Of a stretch of DNA of 64,000 nucleotides, positions 52,446 to 62,074 are shown piece after piece. The stretch is from Anaerolineae bacterium. GTDB taxonomy: Bacteria > Chloroflexota > Anaerolineae > Anaerolineales > UBA4823. The stretch is taken from positions 1,328 through 65,327 of the forward strand of contig JBFYSV010000182.1 in assembly GCA_041301185.1 (NCBI GenBank), read 5' to 3'. Both the position numbers and the translations under genes were made by a program. A model generated the notes under the pieces. That model was not told the DNA's origin, searched no databases, and saw only the letters and a list, made by a program, of their open reading frames with translations. The first letter of the stretch is position 1, and each line of letters starts with the position of its first letter.

Positions 52446-52478
52446 CTGCCCTATTTAGGGCAGGTTTCCAAACCTGCC
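52446..52478. terminator. Overlapping alternative hairpins between convergent genes (bidirectional terminator candidate)
   Basis: CTGCCCT-ATTT-AGGGCAG (52446-52463) overlaps GGCAGGTT-TCCA-AACCTGCC (52459-52478). Confidence 0.45.
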
Positions 52479-52526
52479 GGGATATTTTCGGATGGATTCC
52501 AATTGTGCGGTGGCAAGCGGGGTCCT

Positions 52527-53036
52527 TCAGGATACGCGGGCGACTGCGGTCAAGGCCAAAACCAGCATAGCCAGCACCAGATTGAGGCGGATCAGCAGTG
52601 ATTCCTGCTGCCTGAGGCGGCTGGCATCTGGTGTGTCCAGCCCGCGCGATTGGCGCAGTGCAGCCCGCTGCAAGCGCGGCAATAATCCCCAGGTCATGTA
52701 AGCGCTCACGCCGGTCATTCCGAAAAATACCACGTGTTTGGCGAAAATCGCGACTGCCCAACGGTTATCGATTGCCAGGAAGCCAGAATAGCTGGGGTTG
52801 GCGCTCATCTGGAACATCCCGGTGGCTATCAGGACGAGCAGGCACACCCATCCGAGAGGGTCCAGGCGGCGTTGCAGGTCAGATAGAAATGCTGCATAGT
52901 GCTCGTCCTGAGGCTGCTTACGAGCAGCGGGCAGCACCAGCAGCGACAGGCACGCCAGGCTGCCGATCCAGACCACCGTGGCGAGCATATGCAACCAGTA
53001 GATGAAGCTGAGGGCCCAATCAGGAGGCGCGCTCAT
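52527..53036 (-). CDS. CopD-like membrane protein
   Basis: 169 aa, 4 TM. The N-terminus FIYWLHMLATVVWIGSLACLSLLVLP is typical of the CopD/YcnJ C-terminal domain family. Confidence 0.55.
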   Translation of the reverse strand: MSAPPDWALSFIYWLHMLATVVWIGSLACLSLLVLPAARKQPQDEHYAAFLSDLQRRLDPLGWVCLLVLIATGMFQMSANPSYSGFLAIDNRWAVAIFAKHVVFFGMTGVSAYMTWGLLPRLQRAALRQSRGLDTPDASRLRQQESLLIRLNLVLAMLVLALTAVARVS

Positions 53037-54451
53037 GGGCTGGGAGTTGCTGTCGGCTCCTCTGCCGGGGGTGGCTCCGGGGTTGGCTCTTCAGTTGCGG
53101 GTGCTTCAGTAGGTGGTGCTTCAGTGGCAGGGGGCTCCGTGGGCGGCAGCTCTGTGGCTGGAGGCTGGTTGGTGTCCTCGGTGGGCAGTGGCGTGGCCTC
53201 GGGCAAGGAATCGCTAGAATCGGATTGTTCATCGTCGTCATCATCGCCACCACCATCACACTCATCGATGGCGTTGTTGCGCGCCTCTTCAACCAGGGTA
53301 TCGATGCCCATCGAAAGCGCCAGGTCGAACTGCTCCACCGCAGCGCAGGCGTCTCCGTTCTTCAGCAGAAAATCGCCGTACCCGGCGTAAGCCAGGCGCA
53401 GGCGCTCGGTCGCAGTCCAGCCAGAGCCATCTCGCAGGTTGGGTAGTGCAGGAGCGATCTGGGCAAAATAGTAGATGGCTTGACCCCAATCCAGCTCCCA
53501 GAAGCTGGCCCCAGTTTTGTACAGGCTGGCCCAGGTGAGGTAGCTCTTGGAATCGGCGTCCAGCGGGCCAATCTGCTCAGCTTGAGTCAGATCGTAGATG
53601 CCACCTTCCAGATCGCCATTCTGCAGAATTTTGTCTTTGCCACGGTTGCGGTAAGCCACGTAAAGCCCGCGATCCACCCATACCGGCTGGTAATTCAGGT
53701 CGGCTTTGCGCAAGGCGAGCAGCGTATCGATGGCAAGAGTCCACTCGCTATTGTTGAGATGATCTTGCGCCTGGGAATGCAGCTCATCTATGCCGCGCGT
53801 ATCCGGGGTGGGAGTGATGGTAGGTGTTGGGGCGACGGTGGGCGTGGCAGTCGAGTTCATGCTCAGTAACACCTCTGCCAGCTTGTCGGTCACGCCGGGG
53901 TAGTTGGGGTTGTAGCGGATGACGTACTCGAAGCGCTGCCGGGCCAGGTCAAAGCGGCGGGCTTCCATATCCTGCACGCCCAGCACGAACTGCTCATCAA
54001 CCTGTAGTGCGATCTGGGTGGCTTCAGCGCCGGTGCGCTGGCTGATGCCCGACTGGTAACCGGCATAAGCGCTGCCAGCAGCGATCAGGATCAGGAAGAG
54101 GACACCCAGCAGGGCAATCCAGCGCAGAGGTGAAGAGCGCTTGCCTTTGGGAGGCGGCGCATCCACCGGGCTGCCAGAAGACGCCTCCAGGCGGGTAGCG
54201 ACGGTTGCTTCAGGATCAACGGTTTCTGCCGAAATTGCCTCGGGGGGAGGCGGGATAGTTTGCTCGAAGGCGGCGTCGACGATTGTCTCCGGGCGGACGG
54301 GTACAGGCATGGTTTGTGCCGGATCGTTGGTCTCAGGCTGCCTGGCGCCGACCGCCGAGGGCATGGTTTGCTCTAAATGAGAAAGGTCCCCATTTCCCTC
54401 CTCAGGACGGATGGGGTAGGGTTGTGTTTCTTCAAAATCAGTATTTTCCAT
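53033..54451 (-). CDS. Membrane-anchored TPR-like protein with a Pro/Thr/Glu-rich C-terminal tail
   Basis: 472 aa. It has a single TM (WIALLGVLFLILIAAGSAYAGY), TPR-like helices and an acidic stretch GGGDDDDDEQSDSSD. The tail reads PPATELPPTEPPATEAPPTEAPATEEPTPEPPPAEEPTATPSP. The stop overlaps the next gene start (ATGA). Confidence 0.6.
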   Translation of the reverse strand: MENTDFEETQPYPIRPEEGNGDLSHLEQTMPSAVGARQPETNDPAQTMPVPVRPETIVDAAFEQTIPPPPEAISAETVDPEATVATRLEASSGSPVDAPPPKGKRSSPLRWIALLGVLFLILIAAGSAYAGYQSGISQRTGAEATQIALQVDEQFVLGVQDMEARRFDLARQRFEYVIRYNPNYPGVTDKLAEVLLSMNSTATPTVAPTPTITPTPDTRGIDELHSQAQDHLNNSEWTLAIDTLLALRKADLNYQPVWVDRGLYVAYRNRGKDKILQNGDLEGGIYDLTQAEQIGPLDADSKSYLTWASLYKTGASFWELDWGQAIYYFAQIAPALPNLRDGSGWTATERLRLAYAGYGDFLLKNGDACAAVEQFDLALSMGIDTLVEEARNNAIDECDGGGDDDDDEQSDSSDSLPEATPLPTEDTNQPPATELPPTEPPATEAPPTEAPATEEPTPEPPPAEEPTATPSP

Positions 54452-54531
54452 GCGCCGGATTATACCCCAGGTAGGAAAAGTGATGTGCTAGTGACAACAG
54501 GATTCATACTCTGCTAAGGAACAAACTCCCT

Positions 54532-55020
54532 ATGCTTTATCCAGCCTCAGATATCGATTTGGATAACGAAGCTCGAACCATCAACGGTTATAATTTAGAT
54601 ATGCCCGAATATCGCTTCTATCACCCCATCGAAGTGCGCTACGGAGACCTGGATCCCCAGGGGCATGTCAACAACGCTAAATTTATGACGTATATGGAGC
54701 AAGCGCGGGTCAATTACATCCGTAACCTGGAGCTGTGGGACGGCAGCTCGTTTCTGCACATCGGCTTTATCTTGGCGGAAGCGCGTGTTACCTTCCTCTC
54801 TCCCATCCTGTTCACCCAGCAGGTGCGGGTGGGAGTACGCGTCTCCCGTCTGGGCAACAAGAGCCTGGACATGGAGTACCGCATTGAAGATGCGCAGAGC
54901 GGGCAAGAGCTGGCTCGTGGTTTGAGCGTGCAAGTATCTTACGATTACCGCCTGGCAAAGACCATCCCCCTGCCAGACCACTGGCGCCAGGCGATCGGAG
55001 AGTATGAAGATTTGGATTAA
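54532..55020 (+). CDS. 4HBT/YbgC-like acyl-CoA thioesterase
   Basis: It contains IEVRYGDLDPQGHVNNAKFMTYMEQAR (hotdog-fold catalytic Asp motif). The start may be ATG 54601. Confidence 0.75.
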   Translation: MLYPASDIDLDNEARTINGYNLDMPEYRFYHPIEVRYGDLDPQGHVNNAKFMTYMEQARVNYIRNLELWDGSSFLHIGFILAEARVTFLSPILFTQQVRVGVRVSRLGNKSLDMEYRIEDAQSGQELARGLSVQVSYDYRLAKTIPLPDHWRQAIGEYEDLD

Positions 55021-55043
55021 GGTCGGTTCAACCCGGAGGGAAA

Positions 55044-56090
55044 ATGCCTATTCCTGAGATTGACACGGAATACCTGATGACTACGTTAACTACCCTACTC
55101 AACACCCCCAGCCCAACCGGCTACGCCCAGGGTGCAATCGCTGCCGTTGAGGAAGCCTTGCGCCAGTTCCCCGGGCTGGAGCTGAACCGCACCCGCAAAG
55201 GTGCTCTGGTGGCAACCTGGTCCGGTGCGCGCAACGATGCGCCGCGCGGCCTGACTGCCCACGCCGACACCCTGGGGGCGATGGTCAAAGAGATCAAGTC
55301 CAGCGGGCGGCTCAAGCTGACCAAGATCGGGGGCTACGCCTGGAATACGGTGGAGGGTGAGGGCTGTTCGGTGTTTGCCAGCAATGGGGCAAAGGTACGC
55401 GGTTCGCTGCTCTTGGCGAAAGCCTCCAGCCATGTGCATGGCAGTCAGGTGAACGAGCTTAAACGGGATGATGAGAATATGGAGGTGCGCCTGGACGCGC
55501 CCACCACCAGCGCCGAAGAGACGCGCCTCCTGGGCATCCAGGTGGGTGACTTTGTAGCCTTCGACCCGCGGCTGGAGATCACCAACGACTTCGTGCGCTC
55601 GCGCCACCTGGATGATAAAGCCTGCGTGGCATGCCTGCTCGCCGCGGTTAAGGCACTGTACGACGCCGGTTTGCAGCCTACCCAAACAGCGATCCTGCAC
55701 ATCAGCAACTATGAAGAGGTGGGGCATGGGGCGGCGTCTGGCTTCCCGGCGGATATGGTAGAGCTGCTCACCGTGGATATGGCCGCGGTGGGCGACGGGC
55801 AGGCCTCCGACGAGTTCCACGCCACGCTGTGCGTCAAGGACTCCGGCGGACCTTACCACCACGGCTTGAGTCAGCATCTGCGCCAGCTGGCTGAGGAGAA
55901 CGGCATTCCCTACAAGGTGGATATCTATCCTTATTATGGTTCGGATGGAGAAGCGTACTGGCACGCCGGCGGAGACGTGGCGGTAGCATTGATCGGTCCG
56001 GGGGTGGACGCCTCGCACAACTATGAGCGCACTCACCTGGATGCGCTGGTAGCAACCACACGCTGGGTTATAGCGTATCTACTTTCATAA
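55044..56090 (+). CDS. M42-family metallopeptidase (FrvX/glutamyl aminopeptidase-like)
   Basis: 348 aa. It contains LLNTPSPTGY, HADTLGAMV, RHLDDKACV, NYEEVGHGAA and GPGVDASHNYERTH. Confidence 0.75.
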   Translation: MPIPEIDTEYLMTTLTTLLNTPSPTGYAQGAIAAVEEALRQFPGLELNRTRKGALVATWSGARNDAPRGLTAHADTLGAMVKEIKSSGRLKLTKIGGYAWNTVEGEGCSVFASNGAKVRGSLLLAKASSHVHGSQVNELKRDDENMEVRLDAPTTSAEETRLLGIQVGDFVAFDPRLEITNDFVRSRHLDDKACVACLLAAVKALYDAGLQPTQTAILHISNYEEVGHGAASGFPADMVELLTVDMAAVGDGQASDEFHATLCVKDSGGPYHHGLSQHLRQLAEENGIPYKVDIYPYYGSDGEAYWHAGGDVAVALIGPGVDASHNYERTHLDALVATTRWVIAYLLS

Positions 56091-56107
56091 TATGATAGGT
56101 GGTGAGC

Positions 56108-57103
56108 ATGAAAATTGATGCCAGCTTACCGCCTGTGTCGCTCGCAGAGGTGCCTGCCATTGCCCAGGCTGCCGAGGCGATCGGGTTCGACGCCCTGTGG
56201 TCTACCGAGACGATCCACGATCCTTTCCTGCCAGGAGCATTGATCGCCGAGCATACCCGCCGGTTGCATTTTGGCACGGCGGTGGCGATCGCCTTTGCCC
56301 GCAGCCCGGCAAACCTGGCGTACACCGCCTGGGACCTGGCGCAGGCCTCTGGTGGGCGGTTCATCCTCGGGCTGGGCACCCAGGTGAAAGCGCATATCGA
56401 GCGTCGCTACGGCATGCCGTGGCCCGATTCGGTGGTCGGCAAGCTCCGCGAGCAGATCGCCGCCGTGCGCGCCTTCTGGCATACCTGGCAGACCGGCGAA
56501 AAGCTGGACTTCCGTGGCGAGCATTACAAGCTGACCCTGATGTCGCCCTTCTTCAACCCAGGGCGCATTGAGCACCCGGATATCCCCATCTATATCGCCG
56601 GGGTCAATACCGGGCTGGCCCGCCTGGCGGGTGAGTGCGCAGATGGCTTCCACGTGCATCCTTTCCACAGCCCGGCTTACCTGAAGCAGGTACTCTTGCC
56701 GGCAATCGAGCAGGGTGCGCTCAAGGCAGGCCGCTCCCGTCTCGATATCCAGGTCTCGACCACTGTGTTTGCTATCAGCTCGGCGGAAGAGGACCTGTTC
56801 GTGCGCGCCCAGATCGCCTTCTACGCTTCCACGCCGTCTTACCGGGCGGTGATGGCGCTGCATGGCTGGGAGGCAATTGCCAGCCAGCTTACCCAGCTGG
56901 CAAAACGCGGCCAATGGGGTGAGATGCCGGCCCTGATCGATGATCAGATACTGGCGACCTTTGCCGTTGTGGCAAAACCGACCGAACTGCGCGAGGCGGT
57001 GTTCGAACGCTACCTCGGGCTGGCGGATCGCCTGGCGCTCTACCTGCCCTTTGTGCCGGGCGAGCGGGACGAGTTTTGGAAGGGTTTTATTGAAGCTGGA
57101 TAG
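56108..57103 (+). CDS. Luciferase-like (LLM class) F420/flavin-dependent oxidoreductase
   Basis: It contains AEAIGFDALWSTETIHDPFL and GRFILGLGTQVKAHIERRYG, with a TIM-barrel LLM pattern. ATG 56108 is preferred to GTG 56099. Confidence 0.7.
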   Translation: MKIDASLPPVSLAEVPAIAQAAEAIGFDALWSTETIHDPFLPGALIAEHTRRLHFGTAVAIAFARSPANLAYTAWDLAQASGGRFILGLGTQVKAHIERRYGMPWPDSVVGKLREQIAAVRAFWHTWQTGEKLDFRGEHYKLTLMSPFFNPGRIEHPDIPIYIAGVNTGLARLAGECADGFHVHPFHSPAYLKQVLLPAIEQGALKAGRSRLDIQVSTTVFAISSAEEDLFVRAQIAFYASTPSYRAVMALHGWEAIASQLTQLAKRGQWGEMPALIDDQILATFAVVAKPTELREAVFERYLGLADRLALYLPFVPGERDEFWKGFIEAG

Positions 57104-57132
57104 AAATACAGACCGGCGGGAGCCTGCCCAGG

Positions 57133-57810
57133 TTGGTATGTACGGTGAATGAGGAAACTCTGTATTTTAACGAACGCCAGCGCATGGTGGAGGAGCAGCT
57201 GATTGTGCGGGATATCCGCGACCGGCGAGTTCTCCAGGCCATGCGGGATGTGCCACGCCATCTCTTTGTCCTGCCTGAGCACCGCCGCCATGCTTATAGC
57301 GATGGTCCATTGCCGATTGGCGGTGGGCAGACCATCTCCCAGCCGTATATTGTTGCTTTGATGAGCCAGCTGCTTGAGCTATCCGGCAAGGAAACCGTCC
57401 TCGAAGTTGGCACCGGCTCGGGCTACCAGGCTGCGATTCTGGCGCATCTGGCGAGCCAGGTGCATACCATTGAACGCGACCCCAGGCTATCCGAGCGGGC
57501 TGCGCAGGTGCTGACAGACCTGGGCTTGAACAATGTCCAAACTCATGTGGGAGACGGATCGTTGGGGCTTCCAGAATACGCCCCTTTCCACGCAATCCTT
57601 GTCACTGCGGCTGCGCCAGACGTGCCTGGCGCTCTGCTGGACCAGCTCGCCGACGGCGGCAGGCTGGTGATCCCGGTTGGCAGCCGTTTTGGCCAATACC
57701 TGGAGAAATGGCTGCGCCAGGTCGACAATTTCACCAAAGACGTGCTGGTGCCGGTCGCTTTCGTGCCCCTGCGCGGCCAATACGGTTGGGATGAAGATTG
57801 GGATTATTGA
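57133..57810 (+). CDS. pcm: Protein-L-isoaspartate O-methyltransferase
   Basis: It contains VPRHLFV, ISQPYIVALM, VLEVGTGSGYQAAILA and ILVTAAAPDVP..L..QL..GGRLVIPVG. The exact start is uncertain. Confidence 0.85.
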   Translation: MVCTVNEETLYFNERQRMVEEQLIVRDIRDRRVLQAMRDVPRHLFVLPEHRRHAYSDGPLPIGGGQTISQPYIVALMSQLLELSGKETVLEVGTGSGYQAAILAHLASQVHTIERDPRLSERAAQVLTDLGLNNVQTHVGDGSLGLPEYAPFHAILVTAAAPDVPGALLDQLADGGRLVIPVGSRFGQYLEKWLRQVDNFTKDVLVPVAFVPLRGQYGWDEDWDY

Positions 57811-57824
57811 GTAGCGACTGGTGA

Positions 57825-58124
57825 ATGCGGATGAATCCAACCGGTTTGATCCTGGGCTTATTCGTGCTGTTTTGCATCGGGTTTGGTTTTTTGTGGGTGA
57901 TCAAGCTCGAGTATTATTTTGGAGCAGGGACCTGGAAAGCAGTCCTACTGGTCGGAATATTGATCTGCCTGGCCTCATTACTGATGCCAGATTTCACCAC
58001 CTCTGCCCTGTTGGGTATATTTGGCGGCTCGGTCGTGTGGGGTGCTACTGAGCTGCCGGGTCAGGCAGAGCGCGTCCAGCGCGGTTTATTCCCGGCTAAT
58101 CCCAAGCGCAAAGGTGGGAAATGA
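57825..58124 (+). CDS. Small 3-TM membrane protein (DUF4491-like)
   Basis: 99 aa. It is paralogous to the next gene (GGSVVWGATELPGQAERVQRG versus LLWDGVEMYRQEKRVQRE). Confidence 0.5.
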   Translation: MRMNPTGLILGLFVLFCIGFGFLWVIKLEYYFGAGTWKAVLLVGILICLASLLMPDFTTSALLGIFGGSVVWGATELPGQAERVQRGLFPANPKRKGGK

Positions 58125-58393
58125 GCCTGCAGTGGGCAGGGATCGTCCTGGCATTGACCACCTTTGCCACAATCGGCATGGGGCACGTGCTGGTGCGCCG
58201 CCTGCACGCCCGCTACGGCACCCGCCCGGCAATCCCGCTTTTTCTTGCTGGTGGGTTGGTGCTATTATTTTCGATGATGACGGCTGGCGACCTGCTCTCC
58301 GGGGTGTTGGGCATCACTGCCATTACCTTGCTGTGGGATGGTGTCGAGATGTACCGTCAGGAAAAGCGCGTGCAGCGCGAAAAAGCCGGGTGA
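58121..58393 (+). CDS. Small 3-TM membrane protein (DUF4491-like), tandem paralog
   Basis: 90 aa. ATGA overlap with the preceding gene. Confidence 0.5.
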   Translation: MSLQWAGIVLALTTFATIGMGHVLVRRLHARYGTRPAIPLFLAGGLVLLFSMMTAGDLLSGVLGITAITLLWDGVEMYRQEKRVQREKAG

Positions 58394-58422
58394 GCGAAGT
58401 GTGAGTCGCCCATCCGGCTTTT
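58381..58422. terminator. Bidirectional terminator-like hairpin between convergent genes
   Basis: AAAAGCCGG (58381-58389) pairs with CCGGCTTTT (58414-58422). A/T runs on both sides. The loop is long (24 nt), so confidence is moderate to low. Confidence 0.4.
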
Positions 58423-58438
58423 TGTTGGATATCGATGA

Positions 58439-60082
58439 CTACGTCTGGCTCATGGAGACGAACACCATGGGCCGGCGCTTTGTTCTGCTGTAGAAGAATG
58501 ATTTCAGGGTCTGTTCCAGGTCTGCCTGCATCCTGCCGTTGCTGGTGCAGTCAACAGTCTGGACGACCAGCTTGCGGGCGGCGGCAAATAGCTCGTCGGC
58601 CTCACGCGCGTAGACAAAGCCACGGGTGATGAACTCGGGGTCTTCCACCAGATGACAGGTGTAACGGTCTAGGTTCAGGTTGACCAGCACAAAGCCATCC
58701 CGGGAGAGTATCTCGCGCTCGCGCATCACGCTGGGACCGATCTCGCCTACCCCTGCCCCATCCACGAAGACGTAGCCGCCGGGGATGCGCTCACCGACAC
58801 GCATTTTCCCATCCTCGAACTCGACGGTGTTCCCGTTCTCGACGACGGCAATATTCTCGGTAGGCAAACCAACTTCCTGAGCCAGGGCAGCGTGCTGTTT
58901 CAAATGACGCAGCTCGCCGTGGATAGGGATGAAGTATTTCGGTTTGACCAGGTGGAGCATCAGCTTCATCTCCTCCTGGCGGGCATGCCCTGAGACGTGC
59001 ACCGGGGCAATGTCTTCGTAAATGACGTTGGCGCCTCGGCGGAACAGACGATTGATGGTGCGGCTGACGCCTTCCTCGTTGCCCGGGATGGGGTGGGAGG
59101 AGAGCACGATGGTATCCCCAGGCAAGAGATCAAACTGCCGGTTAGTGCCGGTAGACAGGCGCCCCATGATCGAGGTCGGCTCGCCCTGGGTTCCGGTGGT
59201 CATCAAGACCACTTCTTTAGGGCTCATCTTTAGCGCCTGGTCGATGCTCACCAGGATCTCATCGGGGATATCCAGGTATCCCAGCTTGCGCGCCATCTTG
59301 GCGTTTTCGACCATACTGGTGCCAGCAAAAGCCAGCTTGCGGTGGTGGCGGATGGCCGCGTTGGCAACCTGCTGCATGCGCGAGATCAGCGAGGCAAAGC
59401 TGGCGACGATCACCCGCCCGGAGGCGTTGCGAAAGACGCCATCAAACGCCGGGTCGATAACCCGCTCGGATGGCGTCCATCCCGGTTTATCGGCGTTGGT
59501 CGAGTCTGCCAGGAGAGCCAGCACACCCCGCCCGGCGAAATCTGCCAGGCTGGCATAATCTGTCGGCCAGTTGTCCACCGGCGTATGGTCAAACTTATAG
59601 TCGCCAGTGTGCACCACCAGTCCGGCGGGTGTGGTGATGCCCAACCCGACTCCATCTGGGATGGAGTGGCAGACGTGGAAAAATTCTACCTTGAACGGAC
59701 CAATCTGCACGCTCTCGCCTGCCTGGATTGTGTTCAGCTGCACCTCGCTCAGCAAGCCGCCCCGCGAAAGCTTGACTTCAAGCAAGCCGCGGGTCAGCGG
59801 CGTGGCATAGATGGGTACGTTGATTTGCTCCATCAGGTGGTGGATGGCGCCAGTATGGTCCTCGTGCCCGTGGGTGACGATCACCCCGCGCACTTTTTGA
59901 CGGTTTTCCAGCAAGTACTGGAAATCGGGGATGATGTAGTCGATCCCCAGCATATCATTTTCGGGGAACATCAAGCCGGCGTCCACGACGAGGATATTCT
60001 CGCCGTATTCGTAGGCCATCATATTTTTCCCAACTTCCCCGAGTCCCCCCAGGGGGATGATCTTTAGTTTTTTGTTGCTCAT
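58439..60082 (-). CDS. rnj: Ribonuclease J
   Basis: 547 aa. It contains KIIPLGGLGEVGKNMMAYEY, VVDAGLMFP, the VTHGHEDHTGAI (HxHxDH) motif and a beta-CASP pattern. AAGAAGGAAG RBS. Confidence 0.9.
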   Translation of the reverse strand: MSNKKLKIIPLGGLGEVGKNMMAYEYGENILVVDAGLMFPENDMLGIDYIIPDFQYLLENRQKVRGVIVTHGHEDHTGAIHHLMEQINVPIYATPLTRGLLEVKLSRGGLLSEVQLNTIQAGESVQIGPFKVEFFHVCHSIPDGVGLGITTPAGLVVHTGDYKFDHTPVDNWPTDYASLADFAGRGVLALLADSTNADKPGWTPSERVIDPAFDGVFRNASGRVIVASFASLISRMQQVANAAIRHHRKLAFAGTSMVENAKMARKLGYLDIPDEILVSIDQALKMSPKEVVLMTTGTQGEPTSIMGRLSTGTNRQFDLLPGDTIVLSSHPIPGNEEGVSRTINRLFRRGANVIYEDIAPVHVSGHARQEEMKLMLHLVKPKYFIPIHGELRHLKQHAALAQEVGLPTENIAVVENGNTVEFEDGKMRVGERIPGGYVFVDGAGVGEIGPSVMREREILSRDGFVLVNLNLDRYTCHLVEDPEFITRGFVYAREADELFAAARKLVVQTVDCTSNGRMQADLEQTLKSFFYSRTKRRPMVFVSMSQT

Positions 60083-60111
60083 ATACTTCCTTCTTTACGA
60101 TAAATTCATAC

Positions 60112-60143
60112 AAAAAACCCCGACAGGAAGATACCGGCCGGGG
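60112..60143 (-). terminator. Intrinsic terminator/attenuator 30 nt upstream of the rnj start codon
   Basis: The minus-strand RNA reads GCCCCGGCCGGUAUCUUCCUGUCGGGGUUUUUU. The stem is CCCCG(GC)/(GU)CGGGG, followed by a U6 tract. Confidence 0.5.
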
Positions 60144-60295
60144 CTTGCAGTTACGGTTTAGAAATTCCAGACACTTTGTTTGGGTAGATAAATCCCCATA
60201 AATGGCTTTGCTTCACGGTAACGCAGTAAGGCCAGAAACCTGGCCGGTCAATCGATTGGACATCTATTTCCGCCACAGGTAATTCTTACAAACCA
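60144..60295 (-). other. Structured leader RNA of rnj, or an independent small RNA
   Basis: It lies between a consensus promoter and the terminator above. An internal hairpin is GGCCAG-GUUU-CUGGCC (60230-60245). The 5' segment GGUUUGUAAGAAUUACC (60278-60294) can pair with the 3' segment GGAAUUUCUAAACC (60155-60168). No convincing ORF. Confidence 0.4.
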
Positions 60296-60301
60296 AGGTG
60301 G

Positions 60302-60330
60302 ATTTTAGCATGGATGGTGGGATTTGTCAA
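60302..60330 (-). promoter_or_regulatory. Sigma70-type promoter driving the leader/sRNA and probably rnj
   Basis: On the minus strand: TTGACA (60330-60325), a 17-nt spacer, TAAAAT (60307-60302). Confidence 0.6.
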
Positions 60331-60343
60331 AGACCGAGTTTGT

Positions 60344-60390
60344 AAAAAAATCAAGGTTGATTTGGCGGCTGTGCCGCCAAATCAACCTTG
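60344..60390 (-). terminator. Rho-independent terminator of groES-groEL
   Basis: An 18-bp stem, CAAGGTTGATTTGGCGGC (60352-60369) pairing with GCCGCCAAATCAACCTTG (60373-60390), is followed on the minus strand by a T7 run (60344-60350). It lies 19 nt after the groEL stop. Confidence 0.8.
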
Positions 60391-60408
60391 AGATGATCCG
60401 GTCTTATT

Positions 60409-62040
60409 TTAGTACTCCGGCATGGGTGGCGGAGCGGGTTTGTCTTTCTCGGGCAAGTCGGTGACCAGGGCTTCGGTGGTCAGGATCATGGCTGCGATAG
60501 AGGCGGCATTTTCCAATGCCCCGCGGGTCACCTTTGCCGGGTCGATGACGCCGTCCTTGACCATGTCTAGGTAGGATTCGGAGATCACGTTGAAGCCAAT
60601 ATTCTTATTCTTCTTTTCTTTCTGGGCGCGGCGCACGTTCTCCAGGATTACGGAGCCGTCTTTGCCGGCGTTCTCGGCGATCTTGCGCAAGGGGACTTCC
60701 AGGGCTTTGCGGACAATGTTGACGCCGATCTGTGCATCGTCGGAATCCATTTTGATTTTATCCAGGGCGCCCATCGCATTGATAAGAGCCACGCCGCCGC
60801 CTGGAACGATGCCTTCTTCCACCGCGGCACGGGTCGCCGAGAGGGCGTCTTCCACGCGGTGCTTCTTCTCTTTAAGCTCGGTCTCGGTGGCTGCGCCAAC
60901 ACGGATGATGGCAACGCCGCCGGAGAGCTTGGCAAGGCGCTCCTGCAGTTTTTCTCGGTCGTAGTCGCTGGTGCTCTTGTCGATCTCGACCCGGATCTGC
61001 TCGATGCGTCCTTTGATCTGGGCGGATTCGCCCTTGCCGCCGATCACAGTGGTGTCATCCTTGGTGGAGACAACCTTCTCGGCACGGCCCAGGTCGCTGA
61101 TCACAACGCTCTCTAGCTTGCGACCGGTCTCTTCGGAGACCACGGAAGCGCCGGTGAGCACGGCGATATCCTGCAGCATCGCCTTGCGACGGTCGCCAAA
61201 ACCAGGGGCTTTGACTGCCAGCACGTTGAGCATACCGCGTAGCTTGTTTAGCACCAGGGTCGCCAGGGCTTCGCCATCCACGTCTTCAGAGATAATCACC
61301 AACTCGCGCTTGCCTATCTGGACCAGTTTCTCCAGGATGGGGACGATATCGGTGGCAGCGGAGATTTTCTTGTCGTGAATCAGCACGTAGGGTTCTTCGA
61401 TTACAGCTTCCATGTGCTCGGGCTCGGTGATGAAATAGGGCGAAATATAGCCACGGTCGAACTGCATACCTTCGACATACTCGGTCTCGAACGCCAGACC
61501 CTTGGACTCTTCCACGGTGATGACGCCGTCTTTACCGACTTTGTCCATCACTTCGGCGATCAGATCACCGATGACGCGGTCCTGGGCTGAGATCGATGCT
61601 ACGTTGGCAATTTCCTCTTTGGTGGTAATCTCGATAGCCTGGGCTTTGATCTGGTCGGCAACGGCTTTGGTTGCGGCCTCGATGCCACGCTTGAGCAGCA
61701 TCGGGTTGGCGCCAGCGGCCAGGTTCTTCATGCCTTCGCTGACGATCGAGTGCGCCAGGACGGTGGAGGTGGTGGTGCCATCGCCAGCGATATCGTTGGT
61801 CTTGGTGGCGGCTTCTTTGAGAAGCTGGGCGCCCATATTCTCGAATGGGTCTTCCAGCTCAATTTCTTTAGCTACGGTCACGCCGTCGTGGGTGATCGTG
61901 GGGGAACCGAACTTGCGGTCGATGGCGACGTTGCGCCCTTTGGGGCCGAGGGTGGTGACGACTGCGGTCGCCAGCATATCCATACCGCGCTGCAGGCGGC
62001 GGCGAGCTTCTTCAGAAAATACCAGTTGTTTGGCTGCCAT
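60409..62040 (-). CDS. groL: Chaperonin GroEL
   Basis: 543 aa. It contains [37 protein letters not shown] and the C-terminal PPMPEY. Confidence 0.97.
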   Translation of the reverse strand: MAAKQLVFSEEARRRLQRGMDMLATAVVTTLGPKGRNVAIDRKFGSPTITHDGVTVAKEIELEDPFENMGAQLLKEAATKTNDIAGDGTTTSTVLAHSIVSEGMKNLAAGANPMLLKRGIEAATKAVADQIKAQAIEITTKEEIANVASISAQDRVIGDLIAEVMDKVGKDGVITVEESKGLAFETEYVEGMQFDRGYISPYFITEPEHMEAVIEEPYVLIHDKKISAATDIVPILEKLVQIGKRELVIISEDVDGEALATLVLNKLRGMLNVLAVKAPGFGDRRKAMLQDIAVLTGASVVSEETGRKLESVVISDLGRAEKVVSTKDDTTVIGGKGESAQIKGRIEQIRVEIDKSTSDYDREKLQERLAKLSGGVAIIRVGAATETELKEKKHRVEDALSATRAAVEEGIVPGGGVALINAMGALDKIKMDSDDAQIGVNIVRKALEVPLRKIAENAGKDGSVILENVRRAQKEKKNKNIGFNVISESYLDMVKDGVIDPAKVTRGALENAASIAAMILTTEALVTDLPEKDKPAPPPMPEY

Positions 62041-62074
62041 AGGTGTACTCCTTCAAAATATTTGATTATTCAGG

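Noticed and set aside
55095-56036. 313-aa ORF antisense to the M42 peptidase gene (and similarly 56126-56914 antisense to the LLM oxidoreductase, 59342-60067 antisense to rnj)
   Set aside because: For the same reason: each is opposite a confidently recognised gene, with low-complexity Arg/Gly/Ala-rich translations.
60144-60295. Calling this region a 6S RNA (ssrS) gene
   Set aside because: Only a vague 5'/3' closing helix and one internal hairpin could be seen by eye. No central-bubble architecture or conserved 6S features could be verified without a covariance model. It is reported only as a structured leader/sRNA.
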